A DNA stretch of 64,000 nt, taken from NCBI GenBank assembly GCA_051294905.1, contig CM119372.1, forward strand, positions 4,652,001 to 4,716,000, written 5' to 3'. Position numbers and translations under genes: made by a program. This document shows, one piece after another, positions 1 through 13,273 of the stretch (position 1 is the first letter of the stretch; each line of letters opens with the position of its first letter). Source of the stretch: Botryllus schlosseri. Taxonomy: Eukaryota. The notes beneath the pieces are model-generated. The model was not told the origin of the DNA and did not search any database. It saw only the letters and a program-made list of their open reading frames with translations.

Positions 1-3000
1 CCCGGCCCACCGGTCCCGTCCTCAAAAAAGACCCCAAAAATATCACGACACCGCAATCAAAAATGACCCCCGGCCCTGGTTTTGATCGTGACGAGACATT
101 GTCAAGCACCCTGGACTCGCCCACAAAGCCCCCACCTTTACCGCCACCGCATACAAAGCCCCACCCGCCCGACCCAGACCCGGGGCAGAACCCGAAAAAG
201 CCTCCGATGCTGCCATCAAAATACGAGAGTCACCCAATCAGCCGTAACATAGCCCGTCGGGGCACTATGGAGCGGTACAAAGAAAGGAAGAGGCTGGAAG
301 GGTTCGCGAACCACCCGCAAACATTACATGAGGTGCGCACCCCGGACGAACCGCCGGAGGCGTGCCCCGACAAAAGTGCCCCGCCGTTAAATTTGTACAA
401 TCGGTCGGCGGCTGAAATTTCGTCGAATAAAACTAGACTGCCGATGAGGGGGATATTGAAACACAGTGGTAGTGTGGAGGTGGGGCGGCGTCCGGCCCCT
501 GTCCCGGCACGGCAAAAATCAGTCACAACTGATAGTGGTCATGCGTCGTCCAGCTCGATTGATTGTGTGTCAGATGATAAGGATAATTTTAACCCCGCTT
601 TTAGCCCCGGTAAGTGCCCCGATGTGTTCCCGGGTCCGTATGACGATCACAGGTTAGAAGACGGGTATCCGTTAATACCACCCCCTTTACCACCGAGGCC
701 ACAGCTTGAGTCCGGGTCCGACTCGGATTGTGTTGGTTCTGAAAAGCGTTTCGGTAACGCGAGGGACTCGTTAATCGACCACCATGGCGCGTACAGGGTC
801 ACGTTTGGTAACGGGCAGGGCGCGAGGCCTATGCGTCCGAAACATTTGAAGCGCAATGCGAAATCGCCGACCCGCGACTCAAAACACAGTGTGATGTCAC
901 CGACGGGCCCCCCTAAGACAGGCGTGACCCACGTTACAGAATCTGTCCCGTCTAAGGACGGGAAGGAGTCGTTGTTTTACGTGCGGACCGCGAGACAAGA
1001 TGAGGAAAAGTGAGTCGTAGGTTATTTTCTCTTGGGTGGTCATCGAATTTCCAATATAATCATTAGGGCTGTTCAAAAATAACTTTTATTTCACATTTTA
1101 GCAGCTCTTTGATAAAATTGTTAGGTTGGCTAAAAAATCGATTCAAACCAAATTCAGCTCGATTCCGAAGAGTAGAAGTGCAGCTATTAGAGTTGGAAAA
1201 TTTTGAATTTATTACGAAAAATCTTATTGAATTTGCAGCTATTAATTAGAGTTGGAAAATTTTGAATTTATTACGCAAAATCTTATTGAATTTTGCCGGC
1301 CAACCCATGAAATTGCCTACAGAAACGCTACAAAACAATTTTGACTCAATTCCGACCTGTAGAGGTGAAGATATTTGAGTTTTTCATTAATAATTCTAAG
1401 ATTGTCCTCAGTAAACAGTAAGTTTTCTACTCCAAAATTTTCAACTCCAGTAACTTCGCTTCGACTGGTTGGAAAGGAGTTAAATTTGCTGTACATCGTT
1501 TATTAGACAACTTTACAATTTCGTAGGGCGGAGTTATTTTCGAACGACCGTAAGCCACAATTGCAATTGCAAGCCTGAGAACCCTCGCGTCCGCTTTTTT
1601 GTTCTAGCCACGAATGCTTTTTTCATTTGCAGGCCGGGCACCAGCGCGCAAATGAAGCTGCGTACGTCGTCGGACCAGTCCGGAAGCCAATCGCAATCCA
1701 CCAGCGCCAACACGCCAGAGGTAATAGCAACAGCCGCATACTAAATCCGCGCGCACACCCTGAAAACATTTTTCAATTCAGAGCCAAGCGACTCTCGAAG
1801 ATCTGGAATCGGACACTTCTCAAGCCGACAAGACGCCAATCACTTTCAAATCGGAAATAGGTGATCTGTCTTGCCGTGTTATGTTTCTTTCTTTTTTAAC
1901 ATTTGTTTTTTTACCTTATCACATTGATTTATCCTGGCAGACCAAAGCTTGGACTGTGTTCTGCGCTGTGCAGTTTTTTTCTAAATTATAAGCATACTAG
2001 AATTACGGTATGTGTGTGGTCGCGCGGGGAGCGAAAATTTCGCCCCTCGAATGGATTTCGTTGAAAATGTTGGTAGTTTCACATATTACTGTCAAAATTT
2101 TATTCATTCGCAGCTCACATGATCAGATTAACCGTAGAGCCGATGGAGGGGTGTCTTCGAAAATTTTGGAAACAAAATTAACGATGACGCATCCTTCCGG
2201 TTTTTATTAATGATCACTTTGCAGCATGTTGTTATTTCTTGGCCTCCCGTAAGGATTGTTTGTATTGTTGTTAGAATCAATGACAGCAGTGGTAATCGCC
2301 TGGTTTTACGGTTGAATGTGGCCGTACGTCCGCAGGTCGAGCACCCCTGGCCTAACCGAAATAAAGATGAACATTTGAGCAAGGCTGACACGTATTGGAA
2401 ATAGTAAATACGAATCAGGGCTCGAGGTTGCTGGATCGCCATCTGACGCAGTGGTTCGCAAAGTCGACCCCCTGGCTGCGCAATCATGTATCCTGCGCTA
2501 TTTATAAGCTTGTCGCAGGAAGCACCGATTCAAAATGTCTGAGCTATAGCGGTGGTTTCCTCGAGAATCGTTAGACAGATATCACAAGGTGAACACACGC
2601 CAACTCCACCCTGTTCTACTCCAAAAGAAACTAATAAGTCCATTACCAAAGGCAAAATGATGGGAAACATTGACATCACATTGTACGATATTACACATCC
2701 AGTCAACCTGTTCTGAAGCGTAAACTGGCGTATTTATTGTGATAGCTACAGTCATCGTCTCATCGGTTCATTATAATACGGATCTGGTACACCCTTGTGC
2801 ACCCCATCCGAGCGCTACACCCTTCAAAAATCATGGTAAACCCTAGGGTGTACGAAACACCAGGTTGAAGAACACTGAAATAGACCACTTCAACTCTTGT
2901 TAAAATGTCGGCCTGAAAATGTCGGCCCTCAGTAGCTTGACGTAACATCGTTTATGATTGAGGATGACGGCTAATCACATGCATTATGTTACGAATTAGG

Positions 3001-6000
3001 ATTTGGAAACGTATGACGTAACAGTTTGAAGCACCGACCTGGTAATTCCTAAGGTTACGTAATGAGGTTACATGTACAAACTTGACTTCAGAGAAATCGC
3101 ATTTCCGGTTCAGATTATACCGCCTATGGTTTCAGTCCACACGTTAGGTTAACATCGTTAAATAGATTTGATGATCACTCCCGTCTCGAGAACAAACGAA
3201 CACGCATCTTCGGCTGATCACGTTGAGAAATTTAGGTTACAGAAACTATTTTCACAAATGCCCGAATCTGTGGTGGGCTCACAAGTCAAGACTTTTGATA
3301 TTGCGAGCCTTGCAACACATCTTCTTATAGTTGTGTTTTCGTAGTAGCGCAATTAAAAATCGATAACGCCGCATCAGTCTGTTCGCAGCCAGTATGTATT
3401 TTAATCAAATCCATTCTCTGACGCGATAGTTCCGGCCGGCGCGTCAGATATCATGTTTCTACACAGCAGGAGATTACAATCGCAACATTTCGCGCAGTAT
3501 CGAGGCCTAGGTCTTGTCGTCACGCGTTGCGTCTTCTAATGACTTGCGTTCGATCAATGCATCGCTAATTGGCTCACGTGAGCAGCAGGATGTAGACAAA
3601 AGACATTGCTCATGTCTAGATAGCACAGTTGACCAGCTAGCTTACTTGTCTGAATTGCGGTTTAGCTGCATACCCAAAATATTTACTAGGTAGGTACGGC
3701 ATATGCTATATAATATAGGATATATGTAATGTAGGCCTATATAATCTGCATATTGCTTTCAAATATATTGTTATACATATTATTGCGTTGGACTTTTTAC
3801 AACATATTTTTGTCTTCATATGTGTAGGCCTGCCATGTGTCCTCTTCTAAAAGGATTTGTCATCTTTTCTCCACGAAAGTGTGAATGGTCCTCCGAGGAC
3901 GCCTTTTCTCTCTTTATAAATGATCGTTACTGGCAAAAGTCGAACCGCAGAGTATTCACGGACTGAATCTGAGAAATAAATTTGATTTATTTTTTTGGTG
4001 TTTTTGTAACTTTTACGTGCAACAGTGGCCGTACCGCTGGCCACCATTTCACTGAATTATTACCTGTTATTTATTATCCTGCCTGTATATAAGTGTCTAG
4101 ACTGCCCCGCTGCTGTTTTCAGGCGACTGCCTCACTCCCGGCGACGAGGTCAGCAACACGACCGATTTCAGTGCCATTGTAGGCGGAGATTATTCGACCG
4201 ACATCACCGCGGCTTGCTCCTGTCAAGCTTCTATCGCGGAAGAGGAGAATAAGATTTTTGCTAGGGCGCTGGCTGTGAGCTACGCCCAAGATGCTATACC
4301 CGTGATACCCCATTTGTCGTACTCGGAAGACGAAGCAGAGTTTATTCGTACCCAAGATGAGGTGAGTGTTTTAAATCCAAGTGGAGTGTATCAATAGAAC
4401 AGGGGTTGCCGATCACTAGGACTTGCCCCGGGCCCATGGGGGCAATGAACAAATTTCAATAAACTAACCAAATTTTGAATTTATTTTAGAAAAATTGACA
4501 AAAAAAAAATCAAATTTTACTGTCTACCCTGTAGAATGGTCAAGATGTCTATTTAACGATACACAGCAAATTTGGCTTAATTCCAACTGGTAGAAACGAA
4601 GTCAATGGAGTTAAAAATCTAGGATTTGAAAAAATTAGTATTTACCGTGGGTAATCCAAGAATTATGAATGAGAAATTGGAATAACTTCACTTCTACGTG
4701 CTGGAATTGACTCGAATTTGCTTTGCATAGTTTGAGTGGACAGCTTAACAATTTCATCGGTTAGCCAGTGAAATTTATTAAAAAAAATCAGTTTTTTTTC
4801 TATTAAATTCAAAATTTTCGAACTCTAATATCTTCACTTCTACCCGTTGGAATTGAGCCAAATTTTGTGTGCAATGTTTTTTTAGGCGGTCCAACTATTT
4901 TAGCTGATGGCCGCAAAAATCGGAAGGAAAAATTTATTTTGGAACAACCCTGTTGTAGCTTTGTGCTATGTTTTTTGCGTACTTTGATACGACTAATCTA
5001 GGTTTGAAGGCCTCCACAGTTATAAATAGTATTAAAACCACAATTTTTGTTGATAAATAACATCTAACTACGTGACTTAATTTGAGTAGTCCAAGCGATG
5101 TGTCCAGCCAGCCCGATTAATTAATTAATAATAATGGCCAGGGCGAATTTTTTTACCTAAAAACAGGAAGATTTTGACGTAAAAAATCAGAATTTTGACA
5201 GCTTTTTTACCTAACGCTACAATTTTGACAAAATTTTGACATGTCAAAAAAATCACGCGTCCGCAGAACACGGAGAAGGCACGCGAGTATCGCGTTGACA
5301 AGCAATGGATCAAGGGACACCAAATCGGGCTCGGCGCGCTCTCCTCTTGTTTCCAAGCCAGGGACGTCATCACCGGGACCCTGATGGCCGTCAAGCAGGT
5401 GTGTAATTTTGGGTTGCATAGGATTTTATGACAGTGAAATAAAACACGTAGAGTAGGTATTTTTCAAATTTTACAGGCTAGTTGATAATATTGTTTGGGA
5501 AGCCCATAAAAATCGCTGTGCACCGGGGTGGTAATGACTTGACTCGAATAATCTTTTCGAATGCGTAAAATAACTCGAGTCAATTTGTGTGTTAACTCAA
5601 CTTGTTTCCGAGTCATTGTGCATGACTCGTACTAAGTCATATGACTGGAGTCTCAGACTTCCAAGACCAACATTTCATTGTAAATTTAGAAGAATAGGAA
5701 AGTAACCACATTATTGGGATTTCGTCTATTGGTACTGGTACTTGAAAATGCGACCAGAAACTGTTACAAGTGAGGAAAATTAGAATACCGTATTTTAAAC
5801 GCAAACCATTCGATATCACTAGAGTCATAAAAATTGGATTTGACAAGACTGAACTCGAAACCGAGCAGTCAACACGATGACTTGAACTCGGACTCGACTC
5901 GGCGGTGAATTGAAAATGACTCGACCTGACTCGAGTCAATACTATAAAAGGGACATTGACTTGTGACTCGGAACCTTCTGACTTGGTCACAACCCTGCTC

Positions 6001-8931
6001 CACACCAAGTCTGACTCAATTCCAACCGGTAGAAGCGAAGCTGTTCGAGCTCAAAATTTTTGATTTGGAAAAAGGAGTATTTACGGCGGAAAATTCTTTA
6101 ATTAATAATTATGTAACTACAGACAGTAAATATTATCATTTCAAACCTCAAATTTTGACCTCTAATAGTTCCGCTTCTACTGGTTGGAATTGAGTCAAAT
6201 TCGCTATCCATCGCTTTTTAGACGACTTAACAATTTCATGGGCCAGTAAAATTTGAAGAAAAAAATGTAGTAAATTAGAAATGGAGTCAAATTTGGTGTG
6301 CAGCGTTTTTTAGCCGGCCTGACAATTTTATCGAATAATGTTCATTATTGGAATTGAAGCGAAAAACATCAACCATATGATGTGGGTTCCGTTGTTGTGA
6401 TTCAGCGGCCGATTCCTTTTTCCATCCTCATTCAGGTGAATTATCAGCGGTGCTCCGAGAAGGAGCAGGCTCAGGTCTTGGAGGTGATCGACAAAGAGAT
6501 CGAGGTGATGCGCCGCCTGTCCCATCCGAACGTGGTCCGGCTCCACGGGGTGACCAAGGAACGCGGGATGTACAACGTGTTCTTCGAATGGTGCGCGGGT
6601 AAATAGCGGCGTCACTTCCGGATAGTATCGTTTTTCGTTGAATTTTTTTTTACTTTGAAGGCGGGTCGGTGTCTACTCTGCTCGGCAAATACGGGGCTTT
6701 CACGGAGTCTGTGATATCGAATTACACGCTGCAGATTTTTCGCGGGCTGGCTTACCTGCACGAGCTTTCCATCGTGCACAGGGATATCAAAGGTATTTAT
6801 CGCGATTTCAAGACATTTGAGCATGCGACATAACGCAAGCATGTGACTTTTTAACCCCAAAATTCTTCCCGACCTAACCCTAAATCCAACCCTACCCTAA
6901 TTGGAACCCACGCGCTCAAGTGCCACAGGCCCAAATGACAAGTGTAGTGTGTTGAAATTTCGCGTGCTCATTAGGGCTCTCCCAAATTCATTCTTTTTTT
7001 CAAATTTCACTGGCCTGGCCTAAACTGTAAAATTGTTCGGTTGCCTAAAAAAACGCTGCTCGGCAATTTTGGCTGAATTCCAACGTATAGAAGCATTGCT
7101 ATATAAGAAAAATGTTTTAGATTTATTTAATAAACGTGAATGTAAAATTGTTTCAAATTTCACTGGCTGACGCGTGAAATTGTTAGGTTGTCTGAAAAAA
7201 AAACGATGTACAACAAATTTGTCTTAATTCCAACCTGTAAAAATGAAGTTACTGATGTTCGACCGCAAGGGTTTCAAATCATAGTATTTACGGTGGGTAG
7301 ATCTGTAATAAATAAATAATGAAAGAACTAATAAATACTATTTTTTTCAAATCCAAGATTTCGTATTCCAATAACTGGGATTTTTGTTATCGTAACCCCT
7401 GCCCTCGTTTTTCAAGGTGCCAACCTTCTCGTGGACTCAACCGGGCAGCGTCTGAGGATCGGCGATTTCGGGGCGTCCGCCAGGTTAGCCACAAAAGCCA
7501 CCGGGGCAGGCGAATTCCAGGGCCAATTGCTCGGCACGATCGCATTCATGGCGCCCGAGGTACGGGCTCTCAAACTTTTTTCAACTGCATACCTTTTCAT
7601 GCATGTAGAGTAGAATGTGAAATCAAAGCTCTTGTACGACTGTCGAAATTCAAACATTCTTTAGCCAACAAACTCTCCTGCACTTTGACGGTAATAGGGG
7701 ATGCCATATCTTCGCCTCAATGGAAATTGAAATAGCTGAAATCGAGTAGCCAACAGAAGTTCCCGTACCAGTGCCCCAGTTCGATAACCCCTGGTATAGG
7801 CGGGTACGACTGTTGCCCACAGTTATGTGTATTGCAACAGGTGCTTCGCGGGGAACACTATGGTAGAAGTTGCGACGTCTGGAGCGCGGGATGCGTGATC
7901 ACGGAAATGGCTACCGGTCGCCCGCCTTGGGATGCGGACCAGCATTCCAACCATCTCTCGCTTATTTTTATGGTGGGCTAATATTGGGATTCTCCTTCGT
8001 TTAAAGATTTTTCATTACTATATATACTGTTGATTTGTGTATTCATATTGAATGCTGTTGACGTCATATTTTGTGGTACGATCGTTGGTATACGATGTTC
8101 TGTCTAATTCTCTGCTAGTTGCTGACGATTACCCCTGACGAGTGTCAGCCGAAAATATTCGGGCTCATTTCAATATGAATATACTTATCAATTGCATATT
8201 GTAGTTCTCTACCCCCAAGAAGCTCTTTAATATACTGCTCATTGTCTGTCCAACGTCTTCCGAGTAGTGCATGATTTGATTCCTCTCATTTCTTTGTTAT
8301 GACTTTGCCTAGCGTTCTTTTATATTATCACACTGTTTTGTCATGCTTCGCCAATTTGGTTTTTAGTTGAATCTCTTGATAATGGGCACACGAAAAGGCC
8401 ACCAGTAAATTATCCTGCAAAGAGTCTCGCACTCGTCAGGGCCAATCATCAGCAACTGAACTTTGCTTATCGACAGTGGTATCACGCAATATGGCATCAC
8501 TGGCACATACATTTTAAGATTATACACAAACTCCTTATGTGTATAATATATTCTAAAGTAGTTGATTGAACCTGCATTGTACACCATATTAATATTAACT
8601 ACAATTCATATTAAATCAGAGTTCGGTGATTAGTGTAGCATTTCCAGGAACACCAATAATTAGATTAGAATTAGATTACCGACATTTCGTTGTAATTAAG
8701 CGACTAGAGCGATCTTGTTATCAAAGTTTGGTCGAAGGTATGTGTTTATTATCGCCGTTAGATTTACACACCGATCGTTTTCAGATCGCCAGCTCGCCCA
8801 GCACGCCAATTATACCCGATCATCTGTCGCCGGCTATGCGAGACCTGTGCAGGAGATGCCTCGAAACCGACCCCAAGGAAAGGCCGCCCGCGGAGGACCT
8901 TTTGAAGCACCCCGTGTTTATCCGATGGTGA
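1..8931 (+). CDS. MAP3K1: Mitogen-activated protein kinase kinase kinase 1 (MEKK1), 3' part, multi-exon; 5' end lies outside the window
   Basis: GT-AG exons with consistent phases: <1-1009, 1633-1720, 1782-1860, 4123-4361, 5267-5398, 6436-6598, 6661-6792, 7417-7559, 7841-7972, 8785-8931. The spliced product has MEKK1 hallmarks: [128 protein letters not shown]. Confidence 0.95.
1066..1550. mobile_element. Unclassified palindromic MITE-like repeat (representative copy of a family abundant in this window)
   Basis: Imperfect TIRs GGGCTGTTCAAAAATAAC / GTTATTTTCGAACGACCG flanked by TA, with internal inverted copies of an AATTCCAAC..GTAGAAG.GAAG motif. Related copies at about 4450-4950, 6000-6330, 6970-7380, 53240-53440, 57700-58050 and 62040-62560. 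Confidence 0.65.
5523..5997. mobile_element. Non-autonomous hAT-like element rich in GACTCGAGTC motifs
   Basis: Ends ..GGGGTGGTAATGAC / GTCACAACCCTG with many subterminal GACTCG repeats. A near-identical copy lies at about 58156-58525, with fragments at 15608-15720 and 62575-62720. This copy interrupts a MITE of the 1066-1550 family. Confidence 0.65.
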
Positions 8932-9650
8932 AATCACGCAAATCATTGTTACCAACTGCACCATTTTACCGTGCTTTGAAGTCGTTAAAGTTGCTTTTAT
9001 TTTTACTCTAATCGCCGATACTGCTTTTTCTTTTAAAGTGGGATATCGATTCGATATTATCGGCGAACTGATAATAATAATCGGTCCGGCTCTACCTATT
9101 ACCATGCTGCCGCTATATCGCTGTTTTTGTAAAAGATCACTTTCATATATCGCGTCACTTTGTACTTCTTCTGTCCGTAGTCTCTTCATGCTTTTTAACC
9201 ACCGATCGATTACAGATCACGTCAAAGAGTTCACGGATTGGCAGATTATGTAGTTTTTTTTATGGATATATATGGTGGGGGAAGCAATGCGATTTCTTAC
9301 CTGTTATGAATTTATAGGCTTTACCGCCGCCCCGTTTGCAGTATGCATTTTAACGGTCTTCGATTTTCTGTTTTAATGAGGCAGTTTTTCTGTTGTGTGA
9401 TGCACTAACGCAGTCCGGGCCATTACGCTGCTGCTTTTTGTAAGATACGCTGCTTTGTGTTTGTCGGAAATTTGTGAAATATATATGTTACGTTCGTTCC
9501 GCGTTGACTTGTTTGTCGGTCTGTGGTTTTTGTAGATTCCTTATTTCAAAATTGAATGCGTTTGTGACGCCGTGTTACGCGCGACTTGTGTTCTGTGAAA
9601 TACGTATTCGCCCGATGCTAGTGGTGTTTTTTCTATCAAGATCATTTGTT

Positions 9651-9656
9651 AATAAA
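9651..9656 (+). promoter_or_regulatory. Probable polyadenylation signal of MAP3K1
   Basis: AATAAA about 720 nt after the stop codon, at the end of a U-rich 3' UTR-like stretch and just before repeat sequence begins. Confidence 0.55.
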
Positions 9657-9756
9657 GCTATCTCTAGTTGATTTACTGCCAATGTGCGATGCAGTGGTTC
9701 TTAACCGCGGGTCGGTGTGACAGTCTCAGGGGTACGCTATAATAGGGGTCATGAGC

Positions 9757-10152
9757 TAGAGCCCGACCGATATTGGATTTTTGGGCCGATACTGATGAAA
9801 CCGATATCTAACACCTTCGCCGATATATTCTACCGATATTCAAATATGGTGGAATCTACCTCAAAAGGCACATTTTCACAACTTCAGAGCACATATTTCA
9901 ACAGCGTTACATCCATTTTCATACTTATACATGAAGTAAACTAGAAAGACTGCAACTGGGGACCTTGAAAGTGTAAGCTATATGAAATTTAGCAATATTC
10001 CCAGTCTAGCGGCGAAGGATTATAGTTTTCTGACTTCCTACCGCCATGTTGTGACGTCACGAAAATGGCCGATATTTTTTCACCAATGGCCGATACCGAT
10101 AATTCTTTCAAAGCGTGATATCATCGGCGAACCGATAATCGGTCGGGCTCTA
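9757..10152. mobile_element. MITE with TAGAGCCCGACCGAT TIRs (hAT-like, CCGATA subterminal repeats)
   Basis: Perfect 15-bp TIR and repeated CCGATA motifs; no clear TSD. A fragment also sits in the MAP3K1 3' UTR at about 9010-9095. Confidence 0.7.
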
Positions 10153-11765
10153 GCTCGACACGCACGGCAGTGGTCACGTTGAACTGCGGTATGCTATAGG
10201 CTAACCTTGTGTTGTGTGAAATCATGCTTTAATGGTTTGTACGTTCAACACTGTTGCTGATGCACAGTTCATGTTGTTGGCAGTATTCCATAATACTCGA
10301 TTCTCTTCAAATCTGTGGTTCCCTCCCAACTTTTTTCGTTTGTGGCACAGCATAAAAATTATAAAACGCTCGTGGCACACTTAAGAAAGTTGCCTAAAAA
10401 TCCATTCTCGTGGTAACGCGATTGCGATACTCTTATATACGAACATACATTCGACTGGAACGAGGTTTCATTGTTGGCATAAATCCCCGCATTTCGTCGG
10501 TTTCCAAGCAGCGTCTCTCGGTTACAGCTTTTACTTTCAGTCCAAAGGGAGAAAAAAACATGTTCACATACCCATTAACTGTACCCACCCATATTTGTTT
10601 ACAGCAAATCCTGAAAAGTATTGCAGTGTAAGATGAAGTCAAGACAATGTGATCATAATTTGCGGCGAGGTTTCTTGTTCATAAGTTGATTAGATACGAA
10701 TCAAAGAATATCTTCACGACATATAGCAGCCCAATTATGATGGGGTCATGGTCAATGCACATTGCACAATGCACATTACTCTACTCGTCTGCACTCCATG
10801 ATCCATGGAAATGGCTGGTCATCTGTGATTATTATTTATATCACCTATTGTTGAAATTAGACCACTTAAGAGTCTGATCTGCTTGTCTGCACGCCTTATC
10901 TTCAATATTATACAGTCCCTTTCGAAATTCCAGAAAGACTCGCGGCACACCTGCGAATTTGTGGCGGCTCACAGTTTGCGAATCATCATCAATGCATTTT
11001 TGATATTGGTAATATGCTACATTTTTAGGGGCATATCTGACATAGAGGCCGCCCAGACAACGATTGAACGCAAGGCAGCTTTCCATGAAGCATGTCTGAT
11101 GCAAGTGATTTCAAATTGGGATCCATTATATTATTAAATTATATCCTTCGCGACCAATACTTTAAGAACAACGCCCTTGTTATGTTATCTTCTATTTATA
11201 TGAATCCAGTGTGCACTGTGCACGTGCAGTGTGCACTCGTGCAGTGCATGCTGCCTCCTCTTTACATATAGCCTAGGCCCAGATAGGTGTCTGATTTTAA
11301 AAACTGCTCCTAGTCGTTTCGACACCGTCCTATCTTTACTGAACTGGATGTATTGGATGCAATGTGGCAGATACTTTTGTGACTAATAGATAAATATTTG
11401 ATGTTCGCTGTGGGCTTGCAGATTACAGTAAGGGTTCGCCGATCGCCAGGTTAGTAAAGATTAAAATCGACTGTTGTAATGTAGGCTAAGGGCTGTTCGG
11501 TTTCGGTGTAATAGTTATAATATCGCGGGCTGGGAGGATCGCTAGCGCAGAACCGAAAAAGACAATGGTTATTCGATCCCGTGTTGACATGATGGCTTGG
11601 TTTATAAGAGATTCCCACGCCACGCTAACTGCTGACGTACGGTTTTCCAAACGCGGAAGTTCAACTAGAGGCCAAGGCCCACCGAATGGAACTCTTGGAC
11701 TAAATAGTCAATACGTGCTGACAACTTGAGCATCATGGTTAGTAGTATTCAGGTAAAATCTACAT

Positions 11766-12629
11766 CAGGGTTGGACAACTCAAAACGGGTCGTGGGCCAC
11801 TTTTCAAATTTCGTAGCGGCCGAGGGCCGCATGAATTCAATATCGATATGAAGTAGGTATAACCACGGTTTATAATTCTACGTCAGTACAACGCCGTGCT
11901 ACCTAACATAGGCGATGGGCATAGTGACCACAAAAGAAGCAATCTTTTATTAAAGGAATAAAAATACAACAACGGATCACTGTCATCAATCTCATTTTAT
12001 TTTGAACTCTGAGCTGTGCTTGTGCAATGTGCACGTGTGCACGATACCTGAAAACGCTTTTGGGGGCCATATCGAGATACGTTACTAACTGAAAGACCAT
12101 CTCGATCCACGTCAAGCTTGATCGCGTGGGGCCGAAGCCCTTCGCCAGTGGCTCTCTAACCTTTTTAGGCATGCCCCCTATATGAAACTGAAAACTTTCG
12201 AGTCCCCCTTCTCGTCATATCACAAAATGCATCCATATAATGCTGGCAGTTCCCAACGGATAGTTTGATGGCATGGATGGTTATGAATGTTGATGGGAGA
12301 ATTCTATAATATGAATTCCATATTGTACACAGAGCATAACTATAACTATCAAGTCGATGTAAATTGCGCTGAGCGCGAAATTTTTTTACAGTAGACGGCA
12401 GCTCCGCGCCCCCTTCAGATGCTTTCAGGCCCCCATAAGGGGGGCGCGCCACCCAGTTTCAGAACTACTGCCCTGAGCCGTTTTCTAAGCGTCTCGGTAT
12501 TGGCAGTGTTTGTGCCATTGCACGTCAATTTCAGCATTTTAAAATGTTTTCTTAGCTTTCTTCCGAAATCTCAAATCAAGTTGTGGGCTACAAAATAAGA
12601 CCTCGCGGGCCGCGTGTCGGTGACCCCGG
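11766..12629. mobile_element. Non-autonomous hAT (Charlie-like) element with a second Charlie-like MITE nested at 12146-12470
   Basis: Perfect 8-bp TSD ATCTACAT (11758-11765 / 12630-12637) and CAGGG..CCCGG ends. The inner element runs CAGTGGCTCTC..AGAACTACTG with a degenerate TSD (CCCTTCGC / CCCTGAGC). Confidence 0.75.
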
Positions 12630-13273
12630 ATCTACATTCTGTGTAATATGTTACAAAATGCCAACTTCGTAATCCGAGCTCACGTTAGTCAAAGTTGTAT
12701 ATCATAAAATTTACATCTCCGAGTTCAGTTAGAATTATTCTGTTTTAATATAATGTAAGAATAGTCTTGATTCTGGTTACAGAATATATAAATTTCCGGT
12801 GTATCACTTCATATCCCATTCAATATACCTATGTTACGGCAGGCTCTACATCCGTACGATACGAATGACTAAACGTGTATGACTACTATGGCTTTCCAAT
12901 CTCCTTGTGAAATGTATGAGTCGTTTGATTTATCTGTAACGCTAACCACGCGCCGGCAGCGTAATAGTATAATTTGGTCAAGGGAGGCTTATATGACTTT
13001 GTACTTGATAAATGATTCAGTGAAGCTGAACCAGCCCTTCGGCAAAACAACATCATTAAGAGTACACAATAGTAATGCGATATTTCGTAGTTTGCCGTAC
13101 ACGCTTTTACCATGAAGCGGCAATAGGTTTAATTGCGCGGTATAGCTTGCAGCAAGATCGATCGGGTGATTTCATAGTACACGTACACGAGTTTTAGGAG
13201 ATAAACTACGTATAGCCAGTATACGCTGTAAGCTTATATGAACGATTCAGCGTCAAGAAAAATAGGCTAAGCA

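Noticed and set aside
10840..11760. Small extra gene between MAP3K1 and HHAT-like A
   Set aside because: There are short ORFs on both strands and some splice-like sites, but I could not build a consistent model or recognise a product. It would need RNA-seq.
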